DNA of 63,708 nucleotides, counting the filler, from Sphacelaria rigidula (lineage: Eukaryota): the NCBI GenBank assembly GCA_964200075.2. It is 6 parts of 6 records of this genome, joined end to end, with 100 filler letters (N's around TTAATTAATTAA, not from the genome) between each part and the next. Parts side by side here need not be neighbours in the genome. Positions count along the whole stretch, not along the records: positions 1 to 10,536 come from CAXNAA020006321.1; positions 10,637 to 21,172 come from CAXNAA020006322.1; 4 more parts are not named here. The stretch is one strand, 5' to 3'. The notes under the pieces are model-generated. The model ran no database searches. It was not told the DNA's origin and worked only from the letters and a program-made list of their open reading frames with translations. Positions 1 to 11,955 of this stretch are shown here, piece after piece. Every line of letters starts with the position of its first letter. The first letter of the stretch is position 1. Both the position numbers and the translations under genes were made by a program.

Positions 1-1057
1 GTGGTCCAAGGGAAACCCAGTGAGGCAACGAAAAAACGGGAACCGCCCCCCCCCCCTCCCCTATCGTAGGATGACTCTTGACGTTCCTTTGCCCGCTTCG
101 AGTACTGTCATGACACCGTGATATGGGTTGAATTGTTGAAAACTTAGCGGTTGTTAGTTCGTTTGATACGGAGCAAACGCGAAGTCAGAGCAGCGTAGAA
201 AGCACTCGCAAGTCTTCGACGGCCTCTAGCTACCAACCCGCCATTTGATGTAACAGAAAACCGTCGTTCACATCGAAGTGCAAGAGCTGCTTGGCGAGCG
301 CTTAAGGAGATTAGGTATTCACCGACCCCCCCTGAAACACACCGGTTTTGAACACTAGGCTCACGCGAAGACACCGGGAGTACCCGCGGGCTGGCAACGC
401 GTGGGCCATCCCGTCGGTGCCCAGGGAGTTTTGCAGGGGGTTGTAGCCACTCACTCGTGACTCACGGATATCCATGAGTCGCACCTGGAATTGTAATGCC
501 TTGGCATTGTCAGCCTTGTTGTTTATACTGTGGTCCAAAGTAGCATGTTTGTCTGGTATGACGTAGCGCCACGTACCGTACTAGAGGGTTCGCGGTTTGA
601 GATAAACATCAGTGCTATCATGTGGTCACGGCATAGCTGTGTTGGAACCCACTGGCAAATTACTTTTACGTCACAAAAGCTACGTAAACAAGTACCAGTT
701 GACACTACAGGGAATGTGCCGTGCCGTATCTGACCAATTTTTTGTCATGCTGTGCTGCAGCGTGGGGAAATGTATTTCTTCGTAATATCTTCACAAAAGC
801 TACATCTCACGAGTGCGTGTATGTGTTATCATCTGTGCTAGCACGATGACAGTGCTACGGCGTACTGGTGACTTGACTCCTTTTTTAGGAGGGGCGGGGG
901 TCACTGATGGCATTGCTTGCAAATAGTATTCTCGGTTTTTCTGCCATCTTGGTAATCCACCTATTCGAATTACAACTGGAGCTGGAGAAATAAATGCACA
1001 CAAAAATAACGAAATGCTAGGGCATGGTTGCCGGTAAGCAGTACTGAAGGATTGCAA

Positions 1058-1646
1058 GGGCAGGTCGGGTAAGGTATACCCACTCTACTCGGTATTAGTT
1101 TTCAAGTCATACTCGTAGCACCCAAAGAGTTAAGTAGAGTATTGAAGGTCGTACCCAAACTATCCAACCTTTTGGCAGAGCATTTGAGATCATACCCAAC
1201 ATACCCAGATTTGGGTAGAGTATTGAGGTTATACCGAAGATATACTCTATACCCAGGTTTTGCTGAGAGTGTTTACCCAATTTATGAGTAGAGTATTGAA
1301 GGTCGTACCCGATCTACGCAAAAAACGGGTAGCGTATTTGAGACCGTTCCGGATCTACCCCAAAGTTTGGTTGAGTGTTAGAGGTCGTACTCAATAGTCC
1401 AACCCTAACCGTAACCCAATTTTTGCGTAGAGTACTGAGGTCATACCCAAGTAATATTTTACACACGGATACCGCTGAGGGTACGTACCTAATGTTTGGG
1501 TGGTGTATATGAGGCCGTGGCGAAATATACCTTGAGTTAAGGTAAATTGTTTGACGCCGTCCTCAATCTACCCAAACCTCATGTAAAGTAAATACTCGGG
1601 TAGTTCGCCCGGGTATTGAAATTTACATACCCTACCCCATCTGCCC
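1058..1646. mobile_element. Non-autonomous TIR element (MITE-like) with TACCCAA-rich internal subrepeats
   Basis: Imperfect TIRs: GGGCAGGTCGGGTAAGGTA at 1058 and TACCCTACCCCATCTGCCC ending at 1646. A second copy lies at 2305-2637 plus 5850-5905. No clear TSD, so the superfamily is not assigned. Confidence 0.65.
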
Positions 1647-2304
1647 CTGTCTTTTTCGATCGGAAACGTGCGAAGGAAAGGTGCTAAAAGAAAGTAAACA
1701 CCTCTCTTGGAGTTCAACACACCAGATGCCGTCTGTTCACCGAAGCATGCAACACCTCACAACTCATTTGCAGCTACCACCGCAACCCTGCATAGAGCAC
1801 GAGTTGGGCACAGGGATATGTACAGTGCAGCAGTAATTGGGTATGATGTGTTTATTTTTTGTTGACGAAACCTTGAGCATTCTTTTCATGACAGGAAGCG
1901 ACAGAACTGCGTGGTAGAGTGGACGACCGACTTGCGTCCACTCATGAGCAGTGCCGGCAGTACAAAGCAGCACGTTGTACCAGGTCCCCTTCTCTTTAGA
2001 TTGTAAGCAGAGGAAACGGATACCCCTGTGCTGGCCGCACTGCACGTTGCCCGCTTCTCTTTCACACCGTACAAGTACTGTACAAAACAGGCAGACACAC
2101 TCAGGCGTATTGTATGCATGCAGCGCAGACAGTACCGCACTGTACTATACACAAGCGGCCATGTGCTCGATTTTCTCTGTCTTTTTCGATCGAAAGCTTG
2201 TAATATATTTTGGGCTCAATTCGCGAGATACGAGCGACTTTGCTGAAAGTAATCTCAGCGCACTTTTTGAACGATTGAAAATGATGTGCGAAGACACGGC
2301 CTTG

Positions 2305-2637
2305 CCCAATCTATGGGTAGAGGGTTGAAATCGTGCGCAAACTACCCTAAATTTGGGTAGAGTATTTTAGATCATACTCAACATACCCTGCTTTTGGGTG
2401 GGGTATTGAGGCCACACCCAAGTAATACTCTATTCCCAGGCATTGCTGAGGGTACTCACCCAATATTCGTGTAGAAAATGTGGGGTCGTACCCAATCTAC
2501 CCTCAATTTGGTTAGAGTGGTCGAAGTCATACCTGATCTACCCAAAGTTTGGCTAGATTATCTGAGTCCTTACTCAATCTACTCAAACTGGCTCAATTGA
2601 GGCCATAACCGATCGACGCAAACCTTTGGTAAAGTAA
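2305..2637. mobile_element. Second, left-truncated copy of the TACCCAA MITE, left part (split by the Helitron-like element)
   Basis: Similar to ~1276-1590 of copy 1. It stops at GGTAAAGTAA and resumes at 5850. Confidence 0.6.
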
Positions 2638-2707
2638 TATATATACAAGGCTCCCCTTCGGGAGGTTGGTACGGGCCACCCGGAGGTGACACTCGCAGAA
2701 GATTTGG

Positions 2708-3823
2708 TCAAGAGAGGCAGTTGTATTTCAATGTATTATAGAGATCGTTGCTGTACAAAACGTCACATGTGTTATGATATGGTGGTGCCGGATAAGGATC
2801 ACCAACTAGAGTAACACGGATGATAATGTTGTACAATTGTTGGGCAGCGACAATTTCTACATGAGTAGCATATGTGTAAGGATGCGACATGAGCTGAAGG
2901 TAATGCTGAACGCTATTGTATGTTTGGGCTTGAGAACCAGCAGTCCGTATTTGTTCGTAATGGGTTCCAGCAGACATTGAAGCATGCAGAGTCATTCCCA
3001 CAGACTTCGGAAATTGATCATGGAGGTGAGCGGACATGTGTTGGATAAGCTGCAATCTCACTAATGTGTGCGCGTTAGGGTCGTTGAAAACATGACGGGC
3101 ATTACATCGTAGCAAGCAAGCTCCGTCCCCAATTTCATTGACTAATTCCCAAGATTCTGGCGTATATTGCTGATCACCGTCAATATTAACGTCGTCATCG
3201 TTGCGGCCACGGCTGCTGTTACTGTCGTCGCTGTTGTTGATTTTGTCACCAGTGTATTTTTCACAACCACTATTATTGTCGCTTGAAGCAGTAATGTTGG
3301 ACATGTGACTGTGACGAGACACCTCAATATGAAAGACGGGAGGAGGTTGCCCTGTGGCAGCGACGATGAATTGCGAATAGACAACGATGTGGACGTGTGG
3401 GACACCACCCAAAAGGCGATCTTTGTTGATGAGGCAAACAATTTTGTCCCTGCATGTAGTTCTACTTATAGCAACATATAGCTGTCCATGACAAAACACA
3501 TGCCCCCGCAGGTCGAGGCCGACTCTTTTCAAGGGATGACCTTGAGATTTGTTTATGGTCATGGCATAACAAAGCCTAAGTGGAAATTGATAACGCTGAA
3601 AGGTAATGCCACGGGCACCTACCTGAGCTTCGAAGCAAAACCGCAGAATCTTTACTATCGGAGAATCATCGGACAATACTTCTACATCGGTGACTCTCTT
3701 AGAAATCCCGCGTATTACCCCTCTCTTGCCATTAACTATGCCGCTGTCAAAATTTATGTTTCTTATGAAGAAAACTAAAGATAGGGAAAATGTGAATTTG
3801 ACTTGAGCCCGTGGACGAGGCAT
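2708..3823 (-). pseudogene. Truncated Helitron RepHel ORF: PIF1-family SF1B helicase C-terminus, low-complexity linker and OTU-like cysteine protease domain
   Basis: Helicase motifs IRNINFDSGIVNG, QFPLRLCYAMTINKSQG and VFCHGQLYVAISR. OTU Cys motif IGDGACLLR and YATHVEIVAAQQLYN. The Rep domain and helicase motifs I-IV are absent. The His position reads DLY (CTC at 2741-2743). Confidence 0.85.
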
Positions 3824-3866
3824 TACCGGCGAGCGAACCGTCTGCGTTACTCGACTATCTCGTTAC

Positions 3867-5500
3867 CTCACCTGTTAATAGTGTGTCCTTAATACAGGAG
3901 ACTGCACTCGTATCACTGACTCATGTTCAAAAGGTGTATGTAGCTCTGCATGTAGGACTTTAATAAACTGCTGTCACCAAGGTACACTGACAGTTCAACA
4001 AATAGATCTGCATGCAGGATAAACAGTGTTTTGGTGAGCTTGAGAGTGGATATTACACAGTGAGAACGTAAAGCGGTCAATCATTGAATGGTTTATTTGA
4101 AATCGTAAATGCACTTCCACGACGCACTACATGGTATCTGTGGTAGCTTGTCACCGATGCCCTTCATATCCCTCAGTGTGATATCGACGTGTCGCTGAAT
4201 GCAAACGCCAGTGCTGTGGGCAAAGAAGAGAGCATACGAAATGAATGTTCGCCGAAGTGAAAGCGAATGATCGAAGGTACTCTCGGCATAACAGTGTTTT
4301 CGTGAGCTTGAAAGTAAATGCTACACAGTGAGAGCGTAATGTGGCCAATATGTGGGTGGTTTGTTTGAGTTGTGACAACACCTCCACAACGCACTATATG
4401 TTCTCTGTAGTAGCTTGCCACCGAGGCCCTTGATATCCCTCATTATGATGTCAACGTGTCACTGAAAGCACGTGCCGGTGATAGAGGCAAGGAAGAGTAA
4501 ACACGGAATCAATATTTGGCCAAGTGTGATCGATTGATCAAGCCACTCTCAATGGGCGCTCTACTCTCCATTTCACGAAAACGTTTTTATAGCAGTCAAT
4601 CCGACACCCGAGGAACTTTCCTCGCGGTCAGAAGTTTCTATGTACAGGACCGACCTGGTCAACGAATATGATCACGACTGTTCGCATGTCTCGTCGGCGT
4701 AGAACAACAACGGCTGTTGAGTTCACATGACCGTACAGTGTGAACTCTTTGACCACGACAGCATGTCACCTGCTGACGAGGCATGGATATCTACTCTTTT
4801 CATCCTTTCATCAACAGATGTATCCAACTTAGCTGGTTTCTTGGTTTATTCGCTGGCTCTTTGTACTATTTTTTTCAGTCCGAGTTTGAGATACAACTAT
4901 TGATAATTTCAACATACTTTCGTGGAGTGTTGGATAGATATGACGGTGGTAAATGTTTTTTCCCCAACTATTGTGATGCGTTGAACACCAAGTCAACACC
5001 CGAACAAACGTCCCTTGAAAATGACCAGCTGGGCTGTAGAATAATAGCACGGTAGGTGCAGCCTTGTCTACAGGACTGTTTTTACCTCTCACCTGTCAAT
5101 AATCTGTCCTTATTACAGGAGAGTGCATTTGTATCACTGACTCATGTCCAAAAGGTGTAGCTATGCATGCAGGACTTTTATAAACTGTAAGATTGAACAA
5201 ATAGCTCGGCATGCAGGATAAACAGTGTTTTAGTGAGCTTGAAAGTAGATACTATACGGTGAGAACGTAAAGCGGTCAATCAGTGAATGATTTATTTGAG
5301 ATCGTAAATGCGCTTCCACGACGCACTACATGCTATCTGTGGTAGCTTCTCACCGAGGCCCTTCATATCCCTCAGTATGATGTCGACGCATCGCTGAATG
5401 CAAACGCCAGTGATCGGGGTAAAGAAGAGAACATACGGAATGAATGTTTGCCCAAGTGAAAGCGAATGATCGAAGGTACTCTCAATTGGCGCTCTAATCT
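3867..5500. repeat. Triplicated 280-410 bp module inside the Helitron-like element
   Basis: 3867-4283 aligns with 5088-5483. A more diverged partial copy lies at ~4288-4570. Shared core: AACAGTGTTTT..GTGAGCTTGA...GGTAGCTT..CACCGA.GCCCTT. Confidence 0.8.
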
Positions 5501-5849
5501 CGACTCATAGCACTCATGCCGACAACCGATGAACTATATCGATAGTCTCACTGTGAAGAAATACCCCGCCATGAAGACGCTTTTGTGGTTCTAGTTCCTT
5601 TTTTGAGTTTTGCTCGATCTTGAGGAGGCTTTCGTGGTTCGGGATCGACACCCCGTGAAATTGAGCCAGTGTGGGCAACTTTCGATGCCCATAAAACGCG
5701 CCACCGGTATCACATGACACCTAAACCTGACAGGTAATGTACCGCTTCACCTTTTTCTTGCACTGCAAAACAAAGCGCGGTACAAGATGCTTTGCCGCCG
5801 GAGAAAACTCGGTAAAAGTGGTGAAAAAAGCGAAATGATACATGTACAT

Positions 5850-5905
5850 ATACCCGGGTATTTTACCCCGAGTATTCAAAAGTACAAACCCTATCCGACC
5901 TGCTC
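5850..5905. mobile_element. Right end (TIR) of the second TACCCAA MITE copy
   Basis: ATACCCGGGTATTTTACCCCGAGTATTCAAAAGTACAAACCCTATCCGACCTGCTC matches 1592-1646. Confidence 0.65.
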
Positions 5906-6460
5906 TTGAAGGATTGGTCTAGTTGTTTTTGTCATCATAATTCCACACCCCCTGCCCATATCTCGGGACAAGGTCATGGCCTGAAGGTGTCAATCCATCG
6001 TCTCCCCGGAACATGTGTGAAAGTGAAGTGTATTAGTACTGGATCGGCAGTCCCGCAGCCCATCGACTTCATCCGAGGTCTTGTTCTGCTACTCACTTTC
6101 CACTCTTGCGACGACAGAAACCGGATTCTGTGTAACTAGACCAGATTTGTTGGGAAGCGAACTCACAAATCTGTGGAGACTGGTAGTTGATTCACCCGTT
6201 CGACCCCGACGCGCGGCGGGCCGTGCACTCTTCAAGAACAGATCTTTGTCTCAGCGATACCAGACGACAACTGAAACGATTGCAGTTTTCGTTTTTTCCA
6301 AGCGCTCGTCAGCCACTAACTCAGGACCCTGTCCCGTGGGAGCATTTGCACTTGAAAGAAAGCGGTACTGCGTCGTCAATAGTAGCATGGGCACATATGG
6401 GCACCTCGTAGTCGCAAGAGTGCATTGTCTTAACATTGAGACATCCACACAGAGTTTCAC

Positions 6461-6533
6461 GTCTCGAAACTGATGCGTGGTCAATGGTCAAACGACGAGG
6501 GCAAGCAACGAATGAGCACGCCCCCCGCCCCCC
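6461..6533 (+). mobile_element. 5'-truncated 3' tip of the C-tract LINE family
   Basis: GTCTCGAAA..GATGCGTGGTCAATGGTCAAACGAC.AGGGCAAGCAAC.AATGAG.ACG followed by a C-run. The same tip occurs at 11250, 31280, 34106 and 42150. Confidence 0.75.
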
Positions 6534-6559
6534 TGTCCCGCAAATGGTGAACAGTGTCT

Positions 6560-8156
6560 CAAGCATAATCTAATCCCTCCATTCCCGACCAATCCCCAGC
6601 ACCTCCTCGATCAGTTTGAATGCCCCACAATGCTGAATTGCACCCCTAGTGCGTCAGCCATACACCGCACTCATATCCTCATTGGAAGCTTTGCTGCTTT
6701 GTGCCCACTGGAGGAAATCAGGATCGACGAGCACGCCTTGGCCAACAATCATACTCTTCAGTCACGAATTTTGCCCCTTCACGTTCACCTGTAACGCTTG
6801 GAGATCGCCATGTGCGATGATCCCGCCAGCAAAAATTTCCTATGCATGCGAAGATGTCGCCAGCCCTAGTCCACTGGCGTGCTGTGGTGCATTGGTACGC
6901 ATCGGGTCGGCCACAACTGGACGGTCCCTGGTGGGATCTACCTCGTGACACCCCCAAGTAATAGTCCAGAGATGAAGTATTTCTTATGATGCAAAACGAA
7001 TATTCTTCACCGAAACTGTCACTATCCGCTCGTGTCCAACTTGCGTCAACCTTCGCCTACAAAGAGGGCATCCTCCAATTTGTCGCCGGACTATCAGCGG
7101 CATAATATTCGGAACTATCAGCATGTGCGCTGAACCGGCTTGACTTGACAGCGGTACAGCCAGCTTTGTCGGCCGTCTTTGTTACATGAGCTGTCGGCAT
7201 GATTCCGCGCTATGAATCACGATTCAGGCTGCTTTGGCAATAAAAGCTTTCTGAGCTTGGAGTTTCTTACGGTTGGCAACTATCTCGTCATGGGCGTAGT
7301 GGAAAACGTACTCGAGAGCCATGCCCGAGTCAAGTCCTTTGACCCGACATGACACGCATTAATTATTCCCCACTACAGCATACCAATTAAGAAGAGTGCA
7401 AACGAAGCATTTGATTGAACGTGCTGTGCTTGGAGGCCATAATACCTGCCGTGGGGTGTTGAGGGGACGTGAACGTGAATATTCATTTGAGTATTACTAT
7501 TATAACGACAAACAACCTAAGCTGTGGACCTGTACACACAAGAAACTGAGTTGAGTTTTCAGATTACCGTCCATGAGCACAAAGTAAGAGGTGAAACACC
7601 AACACGAGCACTCTAGTCCAAAAGGGTCATTACCAGGCGTCTCTATATTGCTCTCGTGATATTGTGAGTGCAGGGATGGTGACCCTTTGCGCTGGATGAC
7701 GGGGCAACGTTGTTGTTGGCTGTGAACGCGTCGGGGTCCACGAAACCTGCAGCCATGTCGAAAGTGTCGAAGTGCGTAGGCGTTGCAGTAGCCCACGTTT
7801 CACTATTTGGTTCACTGTACAGGGTTTTTTTCGCAGGCGAAAGGTCACCGTGACTCGAACGCTTGAGATGCGCAAGGCGTTGGAAAAAGAAGCGGGTTGT
7901 GCTCAAGACGCATTCCCCCGTCTTGCTGTGTCAGACGCGGAGAAAACCCCGTTTGTCGAGGGAGTGTTATCGAACGTAGGTGACCCAAAAGGACGTTTTT
8001 TCATCTGTGACATCATGAATATCGAAAGAGCACAAAGCCTGAACCGTACAACTGTTCACTACAACGATCAGAATCGGTTCGAACGAGTGAAGATATCAAA
8101 AGCGAAAAGCGGGTGGTGCATACTTGTAGGACCCCCAACGACCGGTGAGCACATTA
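6560..8156 (-). pseudogene. Degenerate coding relic of unknown family
   Basis: Protein-like minus-strand frames broken by isolated stops, e.g. NVLTGRWGSYKYAPPAFRF*YLHSFEPILIVVVNSCTVQALCSFDIHDVTDEKTSFWVTYVR*HSLDKRGFLRV*. An in-register antisense ORF (7772-8383) is open. Confidence 0.3.
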
Positions 8157-10536
8157 CTCGTTCAGGATTGGTCCGGGAAGGCAGGGGGGGGCGAGGAAGT
8201 CATTATCTTGCATGCCATGGTCATGAGACCATCGACCTCGCATCTCTACAGAGCCGGGACGGAGCACGCCGGGTTTTCGCCGGACCAGGCTCGTATGATT
8301 GGTCTGGGGTGGCTTCCTTGGGAATCGTGATCGGTATCAATGTCTGTCTATTCTCGAACCTTGGGATCACCCAGAAATCGTGATAACTCGTGATAACTCG
8401 TGATGGCCGAAAAACCTGAGGAGAAATCCATTTCAAACAGAAACGATGATCAAATGTTCATTGGTATACCATATCAGGTTCACGTGAGTATGTGTGCGGG
8501 TGCGGAACTGTGTATTCGGGGCACTGCAAGGCTGATTCGTGTTCGCACAGAATGGATGTGCGCCATTATTTAGACCATTCAGGAGTGTACAGTGGCAGAT
8601 TCTGCACCCGTTTTTGTTTTTGTCGACTCAGGGTTAAGTATTCCGAACTGGACGATCGAAGCTTGGAAGACCTACACTATGATCAAATGCGTGCTAATTT
8701 CTGAATGCGTACGCACTCCTATACGCAGTATTGCGCTGATAGGGAAAAAAATAAAATCCTATGAACCGCCCGCATACAAAAACCATTGTACACCAAATGA
8801 GCTAGCACCAGCTGCAAAGTCCCCGCAGCTCGCACGGGTGACCAGCCCTACACGAAGGAGCACATGTCCAACAGGCGGCACTGGCGGGAAGCTTCGTTCA
8901 AGGCGGAGTGTCGCTGCCTTCGCTGTTTTCGGGTGAGAAGGTGATTATTTACCGAGTCGGCCGGTCTGAACGGTGTTGCTCTGTATGGGTTCCTCGTGGC
9001 CGGAATGTCGTGTGGTGGTACGCGGACTGGTGACGGCCACGACTGGTGACGGCCACGCCAGGAGTTCTCAGGCCGCACGGTGTGCATGGGGTAGTCGATG
9101 ACGCATGGAATCTATGTGAAAAACAATTGTGACGATCCGTGGGGGAACGAACCACGTAGACGCGATTGACTGCAAGCATGTTTGGGGGTAGGCAGGGGCA
9201 GTAAACAAACAAATTCAAGCATAAAAACTGATGATCCACCGGTCCGCCCTGTCTTATGTGATATGTGGTACTGTACTCGAATGTTACAGTAGTTGTTTTG
9301 TACCGCAAACCGTTACACGCGTTCAGCACGGTCCAGCACGGGATGTGATGGGATAGGATGGCTACACACATGTCACTGTTGCGTGCTGTGCTGTGCTGTG
9401 TCTGTACTCGAGTGTCACGTAGTGTACCGTCATGTACTGTGCAGTGAACTGCACGTGCCGGTGCGATGTACTGTCGGGCGACAATACTGTACACAACACG
9501 CTTTCTTGTGGAGCCGCGTGCGTACGGGTTAGGATGGTCCTCGATCACCTGCGGGGTCGTGTGCGAGGACACCAGAGAACACGCTGTAGCGTGCGGCCCG
9601 ACGGTGTTGGGTGCAGTACTCGGCTGTAATCCACTCCAATGCTATGTGCTCAAACCGATCGCGAACCGTCCACTACGGTGCTGCCCTCTATTATTGTGTT
9701 GGGCACTGGACTGCTTTCTACTTCACTGCACTGTACTTTAAAGTGGCGTGCACGGTCCCCTTTCATGTACTATTCGGTATCACCATGTGCATTTTTATCC
9801 TGTACTGCACTGTATCTTGCTGTACATCACACAACTATCCTGAACTGTACTGTATGGCTGGGTTCCGTAATAGGGTACTCCTGCGTGTTGGCCATTGCCG
9901 TGGTGAATGCATCGGTATACCAACCACCCCGGCAGTGGGAAGCTTCATGATACCCGTCTTCACCCGCTGGCGTTCGCAACTTACCTTCAGGACTGTCAAC
10001 ATGAACTCGCACTGCGAAGAACGTCGCCAGAGAGGACAGTGGTCACCCGAGGAGGGGGTACAAGGCGCTGCCACTCTGGTGAGAGGCGCCCCCCCATTAT
10101 CATGCACAAATTACCTTTCATGGTCTACCGCCGCACTCGAGATTGTGTCGAATAGGGGGGCACACCTTCGTCGGTGCGGTATTCCCTCCAACATCAGCGT
10201 GTCTTCCGTATTAATTCGACAACTACACAGTTAGGGATGCTAATCTGGGCCGGAAGAGTGACTGGGCGGTTCGAGTGCGCAGCGGATACATGTTCAGATC
10301 CTCAGCACCATCAGCGGTGGCAAGCGTTACAGACTCAGAAAGCCGCCAATTACGAAGGAAATTGAAAACGAACAGTTGGGAGGGCAACTATTATATACGT
10401 GAATATTCTCGGCTGGACTCGCGGTATCGAATATCGAGTCGTGGCACATTCCTTCATGTTGCTGCCCCCCCCCCCCATCACCTCTAGACTCTTGGGTTGG
10501 CGTCGAGTGGCAACGGCGCTGTAAAACAAGCCACAG

Positions 10537-10636
10537 NNNNNNNNNNNNNNNNNNNNNNNNNNNNNNNNNNNNNNNNNNNNTTAATTAATTAANNNNNNNN
10601 NNNNNNNNNNNNNNNNNNNNNNNNNNNNNNNNNNNN
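10537..10636. other. Artificial contig linker (44N-TTAATTAATTAA-44N)
   Basis: Six-frame-stop 12-mer within Ns; the same linker occurs at all five junctions. Confidence 0.97.
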
Positions 10637-10980
10637 AGCGAAACCTGTGGTTGGCGAGTCGCTTGCACCATGTGAACGGGATATCATTACAGACCCACAT
10701 TGAAGAAAGACAAATATTCCGGTGGTTAGCGAGGACTAGTGAACATGACTAGCGATACAGACCGCTTCGAGGTGAACGCCTCAGATACACTCATCAGCAG
10801 ATCCCTGTGGCAGCCCTCATCGAACATTTGCATACATGGCATCATACGGCCCATGGATGAATGAAGAGAGTGCCATGGCCGGAGTTTTGCTCAAGGCCGT
10901 AGTGGGCGAAAATGTGCCTCGACCAATCAGCGGCCCCCAAATTGCTCTGAAATCAAATGTATGAATTTCTTACGCGCCGC

Positions 10981-11352
10981 CGCGCCCTTGTGGCGCAATG
11001 GTCCGACTGTGATCGCTAGAGTGCAGAGGTGATAGGTTCCATTCCCGATGCGTCGGGTCTTTCGTCCCATGTATCTGATTTCCACGGTCGAAAGCGTGGG
11101 TACGTGAGCTTGACTGAGTTTATTTGACGACAGTTGACGCGGTGCGGGAGTGCTCAACCAATCCGCGAGACCAAAATGCAGGGCGTGTACTAGGGAGAAA
11201 TGGGTTGTTGATCTCTCGAGGCGACAGACTCGTCCCGAGCAAGGGACGGGGCGGGGGAGGAGCGTACTCATTTGTTGCTTGCCTTAGTCATTTGACCATT
11301 GACCACGCATCCCTTTCGAGACGGAGCAGGGGGGGGGGGGGGTAGGAGTGCG
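10981..11352 (+). mobile_element. tRNA-derived SINE, family 2 (interrupted by a LINE tip in its 3' G-tract)
   Basis: A-box-like TGGCGCAATGG and B-box-like GTTCCATTCC. The body (GCGGTGCGGGAGTGCT...GCGTGTAC) is shared with 25690-25876 and 46180-46483 and ends GTGCGAC. Confidence 0.7.
11250..11329 (-). mobile_element. 3' tip of the C-tract LINE family
   Basis: Reverse complement of TGCTCCGTCTCGAAAGGGATGCGTGGTCAATGGTCAAATGACTAAGGCAAGCAACAAATGAGTACGC, with G-runs on both sides. Confidence 0.8.
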
Positions 11353-11955
11353 ACATGTAATACACCAAGTACATGGATGAAACCCAATTTTTACTTGCTC
11401 TTCACGTGCTTCGTTTCGTAGCATCCACCATCAACTTCGGAATCTACCAGGAAAAAACACATCTGAAAACGGTTACCACGGGATCGAATACCCAAACCCG
11501 TGAAATCTCTGTCGTGTGTGGCAATAGCTTCGTCGGATTTCTTCTGATGCAATCCCTCTGGATGTTTTCGTTTGCATCTGTCGCAACAATGCTCTGATCA
11601 CCCTCGAACTTGGCAACTGGTTGGATATTGGTGCTCCAGAAGGGAACGAAATAGATTGCCAACAAACTTCCGAAGTTTCTTCGCTCTCACCGGCTTCCAG
11701 ATGTTCAGGCGGCGAGACACCCGGAAGCCGGCATAGAATGCCTAAAAGCAAGACAATATATGTGCTCGTCCGGGGCTAGTCATATGACTTCTTGTACAAG
11801 TTCGTTCCGAAACTCGATAAACTGATGAAAACCGCTCATTTCCGCGTCGAAACAGGCAATCTATGCTCAGCTGCGTCAAGCTAGGACGTTGTATCGGGCG
11901 CGGAACACTTCAGCGAGCATATCTGAAAACTTTCACACGCGTTTATGAAGTTGGA

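Larger units (their letters stand above)
2646..5838 (-). mobile_element. Helitron-like element, internally deleted (~3.2 kb)
   Basis: Carries a PIF1 helicase C-terminus. Two 3' hairpins (GTCACC-TCCG-GGTGGC at 2675-2690; CTCCC-GAAG-GGGAG at 2651-2664) precede a CTTG end. Candidate 5' A|TC start at 5838. It interrupts a MITE at a TA-rich site with no TSD. The same 3' end recurs at 33181-33226. Confidence 0.75.

Noticed and set aside
1648-2192. 15-bp direct repeat TGTCTTTTTCGATCG as a TSD
   Set aside because: The enclosed sequence shows no element ends, tail or second copy.
7772-8383. 203-aa plus-strand ORF
   Set aside because: No recognisable motif; more likely the shadow of the degenerate minus-strand frame.
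10581-10592. TTAATTAATTAA as a biological motif
   Set aside because: Always embedded in fixed-length N-runs; it is an assembly linker.
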